Source: a virus. Taken from it: a stretch of 64,000 nucleotides of DNA. The notes beneath the pieces were generated by a model. The model was not told the origin of the DNA and ran no database searches. It saw nothing but the letters and a program-made list of their open reading frames with translations. Positions 28,311 through 37,031 of this stretch are shown in pieces; the first letter of the stretch is position 1; each line of letters begins with the position of its first letter. The stretch spans positions 1 to 64,000 of IMG/VR virus record IMGVR_UViG_3300041405_000060. The stretch is one strand, 5' to 3'. Made by a program: the position numbers and the translations under genes.

Positions 28311-28509
28311 GATTACCTCTAGTCAGTGTTCCAAACTACGCCTACCCGTTAACGCACTTTGGCGTTTTTCTATCGCAAGACAGCTTTTAAAACGGTAGAC
28401 AACTTTCCCATGGGGAAATCCCCACTCTACCATGACGTTTATCGTTAACACAAGCGGGGCTATCAATTTTATAGATGGATTACCATCGCCCGCTCATGAG
28501 GACCGTTAA

Positions 28510-29823
28510 ATGCTTAACTTGAAAGGTTTCATTGGATACCCTTCCATGGTCAGTAATATCCCTGACCAAGTCGCGAAGATTGGAGAACTGTCCAAGAACA
28601 GCCTCACCTACGCAAAAGACGTAACGACCCACACCAGCACGTCAGTACCGAATACAGTGTTTTTTTCCTTTCATAGCGTAAGGGATGAAACTGTAGTAGA
28701 TGTTGATTCAGCAACCAAGGACTTGGTCCTCAAGCTGTCTAAGTATCTGTTGGATCAGGCCATTGCTGGTGCGATCACTCAAGATCCCCAAGTCGTTCGA
28801 CAATTGGTATTGGCCGAGTTCGGTCCACTACTGAAAAGCTTCTCTACCGGTAAGATGCTTACCAACAATGTTATCTGGATGCCAGAGTACGTTGTGTTTG
28901 AGATGTCTGCACCAACCGAAACAAACCGTGTACAACTTTGGTATGCCGATGATAGCTTCTCGGGTCAGTACGATGAATACTTCATCGAGGTTATTCACCC
29001 ACTGATTCCGTATGACGATTTCTTCAAAGATCCATTGCTGGTTATTGAAGCACTCAAAGCTTACAACTTCGATGAGAAGCTAGAAGAAGTACAAGTCAAG
29101 CGTGCAGAATACCCGTTCACTAATCTACGGTCATTGACTTACGATTACGTTAACCCACGTAACCCGACAATGCGTCAACCAGCTCGCTGGCTTGCATTGC
29201 TTTACGGGGTTGCTGCAGACAACCAAGACTTCATCAACGATAAGATCATTGAAGAACTGTTGGCCAACTCGACACATACCCGTGAAGAGTGGGAAGCGAT
29301 TCTCCCTGACCTTTTTAAGAAGACCGAGTTTATCATCACACCTTTCTGGGAAAACTATTCCGTAGAGGCAGGTATCCTCGGTGCAGGTTTCTACAGTCCA
29401 ACAGTTGATCCACGTAAAGAACTTCCGTTACTGCGTCGTACAGCTCGTGGTCCTGGTTACACACAGGCCTGGGTTGATGCACAGTATGAGATCTCTTCTC
29501 ACACCTACAAGTCTCTGGCTTTCGGTGTAGTGGGTAACCCACAGAACCGTGAGGGCATTGTGCGCTTCTCTAAGAAGTTCCCTGACTATCTGTTGGTGAC
29601 TAACAACACAGCTGACTTCGACCGTGTTGATCCTTTGACAACTGGTGAATGGATGCTGCTTTTCGCTAAGCTCCTGAAAGAAGCTGAGTTGATGGACCGT
29701 TACACTTCGGTACCGCTGGGTATTTCTCGAATGGTGCGTGACGGTGTGGTTTACGCATCGGCTGTTTTCCAACGAGTCAACTATCTGGTTGTAACGAAAT
29801 CGTCTGTTGAAGAGTTCACATAA
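28510..29823 (+). CDS. Virion structural protein (phiKZ gp157-like)
   Basis: 437 aa, GAGG RBS; KIGELSKNSLTY, LFKKTEFIITPFW; synteny. Confidence 0.6.
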   Translation: MLNLKGFIGYPSMVSNIPDQVAKIGELSKNSLTYAKDVTTHTSTSVPNTVFFSFHSVRDETVVDVDSATKDLVLKLSKYLLDQAIAGAITQDPQVVRQLVLAEFGPLLKSFSTGKMLTNNVIWMPEYVVFEMSAPTETNRVQLWYADDSFSGQYDEYFIEVIHPLIPYDDFFKDPLLVIEALKAYNFDEKLEEVQVKRAEYPFTNLRSLTYDYVNPRNPTMRQPARWLALLYGVAADNQDFINDKIIEELLANSTHTREEWEAILPDLFKKTEFIITPFWENYSVEAGILGAGFYSPTVDPRKELPLLRRTARGPGYTQAWVDAQYEISSHTYKSLAFGVVGNPQNREGIVRFSKKFPDYLLVTNNTADFDRVDPLTTGEWMLLFAKLLKEAELMDRYTSVPLGISRMVRDGVVYASAVFQRVNYLVVTKSSVEEFT

Positions 29824-29826
29824 CGC

Positions 29827-29850
29827 TGGAGCCTTCGGGCTCCACTTATG
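29827..29850 (+). terminator. TTCG hairpin
   Basis: TGGAGCC-TTCG-GGCTCCA-CTTATG. Confidence 0.6.
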
Positions 29851-29889
29851 CCCAATCTGATGACCCTTCAATTAACAAAGGCTCCGCCA

Positions 29890-30513
29890 ATGACTAGCGT
29901 AATCCCGCAAATCGGAATAAAAGGACGCTGGGAAGTTAAATCTCCTTTTGCCACTAAGCCAGGCCTCCTTTACACACTCGGTGCGATCCGTACATTTATC
30001 GACATCGAGAACAACGGCGTAAACGTTTTTGAAACGTATTACGGACCGATGACTATTTCCCAAGCTGTGTATAATGATGACCGTCGTAAAGGCGTCATGA
30101 TTCTTACACTGCTTTCTGACACAGATGCTCCGCTATATATCCCTTCGTCGTTTGTTACGTCTTATCCATCATTGGATTCTAAGCCGTACCACCACGTTGT
30201 GTTATCAGCAAGCTGTGGTGCTTTACCTGTTACCGCATCTTTAGACTTCTTAGTTACCCAGGTAGCTAAAGTAATCTCGGATACGATCGGTGTGGTCCCC
30301 ACGATCAACATCGGTGTGGTTCCTCTGTTGAGTGTTGTAACTCCAGAAGAACACGAAACGAATGAAGCTAAGCGTGAGGCTGCGATTTCTAATCGTACAA
30401 CCGATTACGCTCGTCTCGCTGAAGAACAGCGAAAGAACGCTTTGTTGTCCCAACGCTTGGCGGTCGCCGAGTCGATCATCAAGAAACTTAAAGACCAAGG
30501 TCTGATTCCATAA
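29890..30513 (+). CDS. Conserved jumbo-phage hypothetical/virion protein
   Basis: ATG 29890; YIPSSFVTSYP motif; C-terminal coiled coil. Confidence 0.55.
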   Translation: MTSVIPQIGIKGRWEVKSPFATKPGLLYTLGAIRTFIDIENNGVNVFETYYGPMTISQAVYNDDRRKGVMILTLLSDTDAPLYIPSSFVTSYPSLDSKPYHHVVLSASCGALPVTASLDFLVTQVAKVISDTIGVVPTINIGVVPLLSVVTPEEHETNEAKREAAISNRTTDYARLAEEQRKNALLSQRLAVAESIIKKLKDQGLIP

Positions 30514-30523
30514 CGGAGTTTAT

Positions 30524-31087
30524 ATGTCTCATTTATCACCTAAGAAACTTTCCGCTCTCCTTGCCAGCCTGGAAGATAGCGATGGCGTTGCCCGCCAAGT
30601 AGATGTAACCAATGCAACTGCATCGGCTACTAATGATCACCCAGCTGCTCCTACAGCTGAAGCTGACTCTAAAGGCGAAGCCGCTACTGCTGCTGATACC
30701 GTGAGTGTTGGTGACAGCGATATGATCTCTGCTACCATTCAAGACGAAATCAAGAAAGGTGAGCAGATCGACCGTGACATGGAAAAGATGGAAGAGGCTA
30801 AGGCCGCTTGCGAGCATCACGCTAATGCAGTATCGAATTATATCGATCGCAATGAATCGGTTCCCCCATCCCTGGCTGAAGTTATTCAGGTTAGCCTGAA
30901 GCGTCATGATCCTAAGTTCTTCGCTAAGACTGTACCAGCGCTGGAATCTTTCTCTGCCCCTACTGGTCGCATGACTAATTCAATCGAATTGCTGAAGCGT
31001 TTGAAAGATGGCGTCACTACACTTAACCTCGGTCTCGAAGCTGCTGCTGCACAAAAGAGCCAACTGAAAGGAATCAAACATGGCTAA
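30524..31087 (+). CDS. Short inner-head paralog (mostly propeptide-like)
   Basis: SLE/ACE/ALE/GLE motifs; HDPKFF...ALESF aligns with HDRNFF...SLEDY of the 592-aa paralog. Confidence 0.55.
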   Translation: MSHLSPKKLSALLASLEDSDGVARQVDVTNATASATNDHPAAPTAEADSKGEAATAADTVSVGDSDMISATIQDEIKKGEQIDRDMEKMEEAKAACEHHANAVSNYIDRNESVPPSLAEVIQVSLKRHDPKFFAKTVPALESFSAPTGRMTNSIELLKRLKDGVTTLNLGLEAAAAQKSQLKGIKHG

Positions 31088-32435
31088 GGTCAAACTATCG
31101 AAACTGCTTCCTAGCTTCGAATCCGAAGAGGGTGCAGCTGAAACTGTCGATGCCAAAGAAGTAAGTGCTGAACTGGGCAAAGACGCTGTGCAACAAGTGG
31201 CTGACGATGGTTCGGGTAAAGGTGAGGTTGCAGAAGCTGCTTTTGAGGTAGATGTAGATGGTAAAGACTTTACCGCAATCGACGAAGCTTCTAAACGCCA
31301 AGGCGAAGCGATCCACCAAAAACTGGAACGTCTTGATGAAGCCTGCGTATCGACTGAAGCATACCTGGCTATTCTTCGCAAGTCAACTCGGTTTGGTTTA
31401 GAGTCAGCCTCGGCATCTGTTATTGCCCATGACCTGCGTGGCATGTATCCCAAGTTTTTCTCTAAGTTGAATGCATCGTTAGAAGCAATCGATGACGAAA
31501 ATGAACCAGCCCGTATCGGCCATACTCAAGAAGCTGAGAAAGAAGCTACCGGTAAATTGGATAAGCTGAAAGGCGCAGTTGTTGAAGGCTGGAAGAAGTT
31601 CATGGCGTGGTTGAAAGAACGCTGGGTAAAACTGAAAGGGCTTTTCGATAAAGTCTTTGGGCGCACCAAGAAAGTGAAAGAAGCTAATGCCAAGTTGCTG
31701 GCTTCTCCTACTCCTGAGACAGCTGCCGAAGTTACTAAAGTTCTAGGTGGATCTGCTCCGTCTGAAACTACAGACGAACCCGCAGCTAAAGAACCAGCTG
31801 CCCCAGCAAAGAAAGAGCGTGTGACGGTTGCTAACATCGGCGTGTTGTCTGGTAAAGATCCTCTCGACATGAAGAAGATTAACCTGAAGGTTCTGACTGA
31901 TCTTCATAATAACTGGATGAAACCCACCGCTGCTTCCATTAAAGAAGTTCTTCGTTTGATGCTTGGTGACGAATCTAAATCCGCTCAGATGATCGACATC
32001 CAGAAAATCGCCCAAGAGATCATCAAAGTTGAGTTTTCTCCAGAACAAGGTCTATTGCCCAGCAATTACCAACTAGAGGGAACAGACAACAAGTGGGGCT
32101 TTAAAATGGTCCAACACGACCAGCCAGAGCAGCTCACCGATTACGAAGTGCTAGGTCCTGATGCTGTTAAACGTCTGTTGAGTACCAATGACGAGACTCT
32201 GGATATTGCACTGGAAATGGGGGAGATATGGGTTAGTGTTCAAGCCGATATTGCAAAGATTACCGAAGAAACTAAATACATGATGGATATCGGTAAAGCT
32301 GCAGACTTCAAAAAGTGGGTTACGGAATATCTGACTACGCTTAGTAACTCGGATGTTGTACCTTTGACTAAGCTGATTATCCAAGCAACCACTGCACGTC
32401 TGTTGTTGTTGTCTGAGATGACCATGGCAAAGTAA
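31080..32435 (+). CDS. Inner-head (ejection) protein, gp162/gp163-like family
   Basis: Acidic propeptide with SFE/AFE/STE/GLE/SLE motifs, then amphipathic helix WKKFMAWLKERW. Confidence 0.65.
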   Translation: MAKVKLSKLLPSFESEEGAAETVDAKEVSAELGKDAVQQVADDGSGKGEVAEAAFEVDVDGKDFTAIDEASKRQGEAIHQKLERLDEACVSTEAYLAILRKSTRFGLESASASVIAHDLRGMYPKFFSKLNASLEAIDDENEPARIGHTQEAEKEATGKLDKLKGAVVEGWKKFMAWLKERWVKLKGLFDKVFGRTKKVKEANAKLLASPTPETAAEVTKVLGGSAPSETTDEPAAKEPAAPAKKERVTVANIGVLSGKDPLDMKKINLKVLTDLHNNWMKPTAASIKEVLRLMLGDESKSAQMIDIQKIAQEIIKVEFSPEQGLLPSNYQLEGTDNKWGFKMVQHDQPEQLTDYEVLGPDAVKRLLSTNDETLDIALEMGEIWVSVQADIAKITEETKYMMDIGKAADFKKWVTEYLTTLSNSDVVPLTKLIIQATTARLLLLSEMTMAK

Positions 32436-32485
32436 GCCCATCTACGGAAGCTTATAGTGAAGGTCCGGATAGCACATTTACGCAC

Positions 32486-32767
32486 ATGGGTAAAACCTAC
32501 AGTGTGGATCGTCTACTAGCCGTGACACGGAATACACCCGTTGTTGATTTTCCATTGGACCGTGTCACATGGATGATTGACGATGACTATGATGTTAAGC
32601 GCATGCGCGCTGCTGATACCTCGGTACCAGTCTGTGTCACACAGCTTTCTACAGGTGAATGGGTTACGATGGATGGTTACCACAGGGTCATTAAGGCTTT
32701 CTATGTGGAAAAGCGTAAGACCATCCCAGCTAAGATCGTCACAGCAGCAATGTTCAAACAGCTTTAA
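32486..32767 (+). CDS. Small ParB/Srx-like nuclease-fold protein
   Basis: PVCV...MDGYHRV.KA...IPA ParB N-terminal motif. Confidence 0.65.
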   Translation: MGKTYSVDRLLAVTRNTPVVDFPLDRVTWMIDDDYDVKRMRAADTSVPVCVTQLSTGEWVTMDGYHRVIKAFYVEKRKTIPAKIVTAAMFKQL

Positions 32768-32833
32768 CTAAATCATTCGGTTGGTGCCTCTGGTACCAAC
32801 CTTATGTAACTTTAATCCGCGGAGTAACACCAC

Positions 32834-34612
32834 ATGGCTAAGCCAGTAACTAAGAAACCAGCAGTGAAGAAACCTGCTACCAAAAAACGTTTTCAAGATG
32901 CAATGGGCTTTCTCGCCTCGATGGAATCTGTAGCCATCGCTGAAGATAAGAACGTATCCGTTGATGCTCCTGTACAGAAGGACGTCAAGGTTGAGATCAC
33001 CGACACTGTAACGCCGAACGAAGAAGTAGGTGCATCGGTATCGAACACTCCAACCAAAGAACTGAAAGACACCACGCAAGACGGTACTGCACAAACCCAA
33101 GACGTTGGTAAAGTGTCAGTTAAAGAAACTACCGACGCTGGTAACGCAGGTGAAGAAGATGCTGTTACTAACAAGACTCCTGATGCTGTATCGGCTGGTG
33201 AGAAAGATCTTACCACTGGCGTTGTTTCTAAAGAAGACGCTATCGAAGCAAATGAAACAGAACACCTCGAGCCAAAAGAAGCCGACGACGCAGTCATGAA
33301 CGTTGAGCAGGCCGTTGAAGAGTTGGAGAACACCGGTATTACCGTTGGTTCTGACAATGCCTTGAATCGTGCTGAAACTGTAGGTAACGACCTAGAGAAC
33401 ATCAACAAAGTAGAAGCCGCTCTGGAACAATACCAGACCATGCTAGTTGGCATGCGTAAAGCTGGTAAGCGCCCTACTCCTGAATTTGCTAAGTCGGTTA
33501 AGATCGCATTAGAATCTCATGACCGTAACTTCTTCCGCCCTGTCGTAACTTCCCTCGAAGATTACTCGCGCCCAGGTAACCATCTGGTTAGCGCTAAAGG
33601 TCTGGAAGCTGCCATTGGTGATAAGCTGAAAGATCTGGGTGCTGCTGCCGGTAACGCTCTGAAGCGACTGCTGGAAATGTTGATCGATGCATGGAACCAC
33701 TTCACTCGTGATACCCCTAAACTGATCGAAGAACTCGACAAGACTATCAAAGCCGTACAAGGCGCTGAACTGTCTGCTGGCGATACTCTGCAGTTCAAAG
33801 GTGGTGCTCGTCTGATGGTCAACGGTAACTTCGTTGGTGATTCGGTTGAGATCGTTAAGAATGTTGAGAAGACTGCACAGCAACTGTTGGTTGAATGGCC
33901 ACAAGCTCTGATCAAACTCGTCAACACTATCGAAGCCAAAGGCAAGTCTGTCGCAGTAGCGAACGAAGATGCTGGTGGTAGCGATGGTATCGAAGATGCC
34001 GCACAAGCTGCTCTGGAAGCAACGTTCTCCCAGTTCACCCAAGTTGATTCCGGTGATGCTCCTTCGTCAATGTCCAACTACCCAATCGTTACCCGTTCTC
34101 CGGTAATGCCTGGTAACAAAGCTATGTTCATTGGTGTACAAGACGGTGGCACTGCTGCTGTTGGTGTTGCACACATGAAACAGTTCATGAAGTTTGACTT
34201 CGCTTCTGTCGGTGACGCTGAAGGCGGTGCTGGTGAAGTTAAGATCCCTTCGAAAGAACGTGCTGTAGCTGCACTGAATGCGGTTAAAGGCATCGTTGCT
34301 AACCTGATCGGTAAAGACACCTCGATGGCTGCTCTGAAGCAACTCGCTAAGACAGTCACTTCTGAGAAAGGCACCAAAGCTGGTGATGTTGTTCAGGGTG
34401 CAATCACTGCAGCTCTGATGCAACACCGGATGTTCATGGGTTATCTGACCTCGTTGGTTAAGTCGTACATCGCTTTCTATGCCCACGTTGCTGGTGAGTC
34501 GACTGGTAAAGGCGTTGCCGTTCGTGAGAACTCTGCAGCTGCTCCTACCGATGGCAAAACCAAAGACCGCACCAAAGAAGCAGATGACGAATCTGTAGTT
34601 TCTGTTCAGTAA
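32834..34612 (+). CDS. Inner-head protein (phiKZ gp162-like)
   Basis: 592 aa; long acidic propeptide with SME/ALE/SLE/GLE motifs; MPGNKAMF; synteny. Confidence 0.7.
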   Translation: MAKPVTKKPAVKKPATKKRFQDAMGFLASMESVAIAEDKNVSVDAPVQKDVKVEITDTVTPNEEVGASVSNTPTKELKDTTQDGTAQTQDVGKVSVKETTDAGNAGEEDAVTNKTPDAVSAGEKDLTTGVVSKEDAIEANETEHLEPKEADDAVMNVEQAVEELENTGITVGSDNALNRAETVGNDLENINKVEAALEQYQTMLVGMRKAGKRPTPEFAKSVKIALESHDRNFFRPVVTSLEDYSRPGNHLVSAKGLEAAIGDKLKDLGAAAGNALKRLLEMLIDAWNHFTRDTPKLIEELDKTIKAVQGAELSAGDTLQFKGGARLMVNGNFVGDSVEIVKNVEKTAQQLLVEWPQALIKLVNTIEAKGKSVAVANEDAGGSDGIEDAAQAALEATFSQFTQVDSGDAPSSMSNYPIVTRSPVMPGNKAMFIGVQDGGTAAVGVAHMKQFMKFDFASVGDAEGGAGEVKIPSKERAVAALNAVKGIVANLIGKDTSMAALKQLAKTVTSEKGTKAGDVVQGAITAALMQHRMFMGYLTSLVKSYIAFYAHVAGESTGKGVAVRENSAAAPTDGKTKDRTKEADDESVVSVQ

Positions 34613-34621
34613 GGTACTCAC

Positions 34622-35776
34622 ATGACCGATATCACTTTAATTCAGGTTAACGCTGACCTGGCCCGACTGAACCAGTACAATCTGGCTCTCGAAGGTTTTC
34701 GGCGTGTGATGGAAGGTCGTGAAGTTGTTACTGGTCCAACGGCGATGGCAATGCGCATCGCCTTGGAAGATGCTGAAGTCGACCTAAAGGACGACAAAGG
34801 TGTCACAGGTAAAGACCTCGTGACTGGATTCAAGAAGGTAATGGTTACTGTTCGGAATATCATCCAGTGGCTATTGCGTACCATCGGTAAGCTTGTTGAG
34901 AAAATTGGCTTGGGTATGCAGAAGTTGGGTGAGAAAGGCCGTAAGGTCAAACAAGCTATTGCTGCTCTCCCAGAAGAACAACGCTCTGCTTTGGGTAACG
35001 GTGATACAACCGAACTCCCACAAGAAGCATTACAGCCAGAGATGTTGACGATTGAAAGTGAATTCGTTGGTAACGATGTTGAAGCTGTAAACAACGTCAT
35101 TAAGATGGGTGCATGGATCAATGGTGACTTCCCTAAGATGTTTGATTCTATTCTGACATCCGCTGAACAACTGGCACGTAAGCACATGAAGGATGAAACC
35201 TCAGAAGCTTACTTCAAAGCACTTGGTGCTGCCATTGCGTCAGGTATTAAGAAACCGACTGTTCCATTTAGCCCTGAGAGTTATTCGAACGTTGGTTCTC
35301 CTGATCAAACAAACAACACCGTTCCGTTGATGGGTAACCAAGGTCTGACTATTCCCGATGCTCGTGAAGCGTCGATGTTGGATCATAACAACCCAGTTGA
35401 AATGCTACGTAGTTGGTTTGTGTTTACCTTTGGGGAATACAACACCAAGAGCACTGGTAACGTTACTATCCCAGTAGCTGACTTCGCCACCATCACTAAG
35501 ATCTCCGATATGATTAACAAATCTATCGATGAGAATAACGGTGGTGCAAACGATGTGAAGGCTATGATGGATCGTCGAGTTAATGCAGTCAATGCATTGC
35601 TAGATGAAATGACTAAGGGCGGTGGTCCAGGTGCACATGGTGAAATCGCTTTGTCTATCGGTATCATGTTGCAACGTCTGTGTGAATGCATGACCCAAGT
35701 CCATGGTTGGTACTCACGTACACTCAATCAAGAACTTGGTTATCTTGGACAATGCCTTGCGGCTGTTGACAAGTAA
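34622..35776 (+). CDS. Inner-head protein (phiKZ gp163-like)
   Basis: ALE motifs; FVGND and LMGNQGL shared with the upstream paralog. Confidence 0.7.
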   Translation: MTDITLIQVNADLARLNQYNLALEGFRRVMEGREVVTGPTAMAMRIALEDAEVDLKDDKGVTGKDLVTGFKKVMVTVRNIIQWLLRTIGKLVEKIGLGMQKLGEKGRKVKQAIAALPEEQRSALGNGDTTELPQEALQPEMLTIESEFVGNDVEAVNNVIKMGAWINGDFPKMFDSILTSAEQLARKHMKDETSEAYFKALGAAIASGIKKPTVPFSPESYSNVGSPDQTNNTVPLMGNQGLTIPDAREASMLDHNNPVEMLRSWFVFTFGEYNTKSTGNVTIPVADFATITKISDMINKSIDENNGGANDVKAMMDRRVNAVNALLDEMTKGGGPGAHGEIALSIGIMLQRLCECMTQVHGWYSRTLNQELGYLGQCLAAVDK

Positions 35777-35812
35777 CGACATATTGGCTTCCCCTAGGGG
35801 AAGCCTTTATGC
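35774..35812. repeat. 39-bp palindromic terminator element, inverted copy of 25643-25681
   Basis: TAACGACATATTGGCTTCCCCTAGGGGAAGCCTTTATGC between convergent genes. Confidence 0.85.
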
Positions 35813-35816
35813 TGTC

Positions 35817-36080
35817 TTATGCTGCACATGTATGTTTGCCGTCGCCGGTAGCTTGGTGATTACACGAGGCACGCATTCCCGCTAATACCACTGGAACGCC
35901 GTTGATCGTAAATAACGCACTACCCTGAACCATCACGGCACTAGCATGTGAACCACTACCGTGACCTGTTACACTAGCGCCTAATGTAGCAATAGGCACA
36001 CCATTGATGGTAGCGATAGCTTGGGTTGGTTGGATAACCCCACCTGCTGTATCAATACCTGCTTTTGAAATACCTGCCAT
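35817..36080 (-). CDS. PAAR spike-tip protein
   Basis: INGVPIATLG...H...H...INGVPVVLAG...CNH Zn-ligand PAAR pattern. Confidence 0.88.
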   Translation of the reverse strand: MAGISKAGIDTAGGVIQPTQAIATINGVPIATLGASVTGHGSGSHASAVMVQGSALFTINGVPVVLAGMRASCNHQATGDGKHTCAA

Positions 36081-36083
36081 GTA

Positions 36084-36950
36084 TCACCCCACGATTGCGA
36101 AACCACCTGGTGCACGCATTGTAATGCTACCACCGCCAATAGAGACTGTAGGAGCGTTTATAGTGACCGTTGACGAGTCACTGACAACATCGGTCGTCTT
36201 CGTCGTTACCGCCTCTGGTGTGAGCTTGTAGGAGGTCCCACCTACCTTGAACTCAATAGACTCGTTAGCTGACGCTTCGATCTTTTGTTTTTCGAGCTTT
36301 AGGTAAGTGCCATCTGGATTCTTGAGTTGTAGACGGTTATCTTTAGACACGATCTCAAATTCATTACCAATATCATCAGTAATTGTAAACTCGCCTTCTC
36401 CAGTATTAAACTGCATGGTCCAAGCGTAAGGTTCCCCGTTAGCTTTAGACGTACCGATCGTAAAGTGTTTGTCGTGTGCCGATACAGCTAAGTAATAGCA
36501 AGTATTGAAGTCAATACCACCGCCACCAGGATTAGGGGAAGCGTTCCAAGTATAAACAACTGACTCTAATGCCCGTAGACCGTTCTTCATGGCCATAGAG
36601 CGCCAGAAGTATTTGTCCGAGTCACCTAGTCGCCATACTTCAATAAGTTCGTTACGCATTACGTCAGGTGGCGTAGCACGGTTGTCTTCACCTGGATACC
36701 ATTCACATGGCACCGAACGTTCTGCTGTGGTTTTTACTTGATGTGATGCACCAGATGAGTCTTGCCATTCACGAGTTACTTCTTGAGGATTAAAAGTAAT
36801 CTCTCCGTCAGTAGCCATTGCTTTCTCGTTCATAAGAACGTTCAGCATTGTTGAATCGCGGGGTTTGTTTTCTTTTGCTGTACCGATGGAAACCATGCGG
36901 TACTTGGAAGTGGCTTGGCCACTGATTGGGTTGTTTTCAGGCTGTTCCAT
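36084..36950 (-). CDS. Baseplate central spike (phiKZ gp164-like)
   Basis: OB-like N-domain (TPPDV), beta-strand repeat C-terminus, adjacent to PAAR; ATG 36950 with AGGA RBS. Confidence 0.75.
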   Translation of the reverse strand: MEQPENNPISGQATSKYRMVSIGTAKENKPRDSTMLNVLMNEKAMATDGEITFNPQEVTREWQDSSGASHQVKTTAERSVPCEWYPGEDNRATPPDVMRNELIEVWRLGDSDKYFWRSMAMKNGLRALESVVYTWNASPNPGGGGIDFNTCYYLAVSAHDKHFTIGTSKANGEPYAWTMQFNTGEGEFTITDDIGNEFEIVSKDNRLQLKNPDGTYLKLEKQKIEASANESIEFKVGGTSYKLTPEAVTTKTTDVVSDSSTVTINAPTVSIGGGSITMRAPGGFAIVG

Positions 36951-37031
36951 TTTGATTCCTTGAAGATTATACTCAGCAACCAGATCTAATGTAGACATCA
37001 GCGCTAAGAATAAGGAAGGGGGCTTTTTACT

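Noticed and set aside
35817-36950. Type VI secretion locus (PAAR plus VgrG-like)
   Set aside because: The context is a phage contractile-tail baseplate; no tss genes
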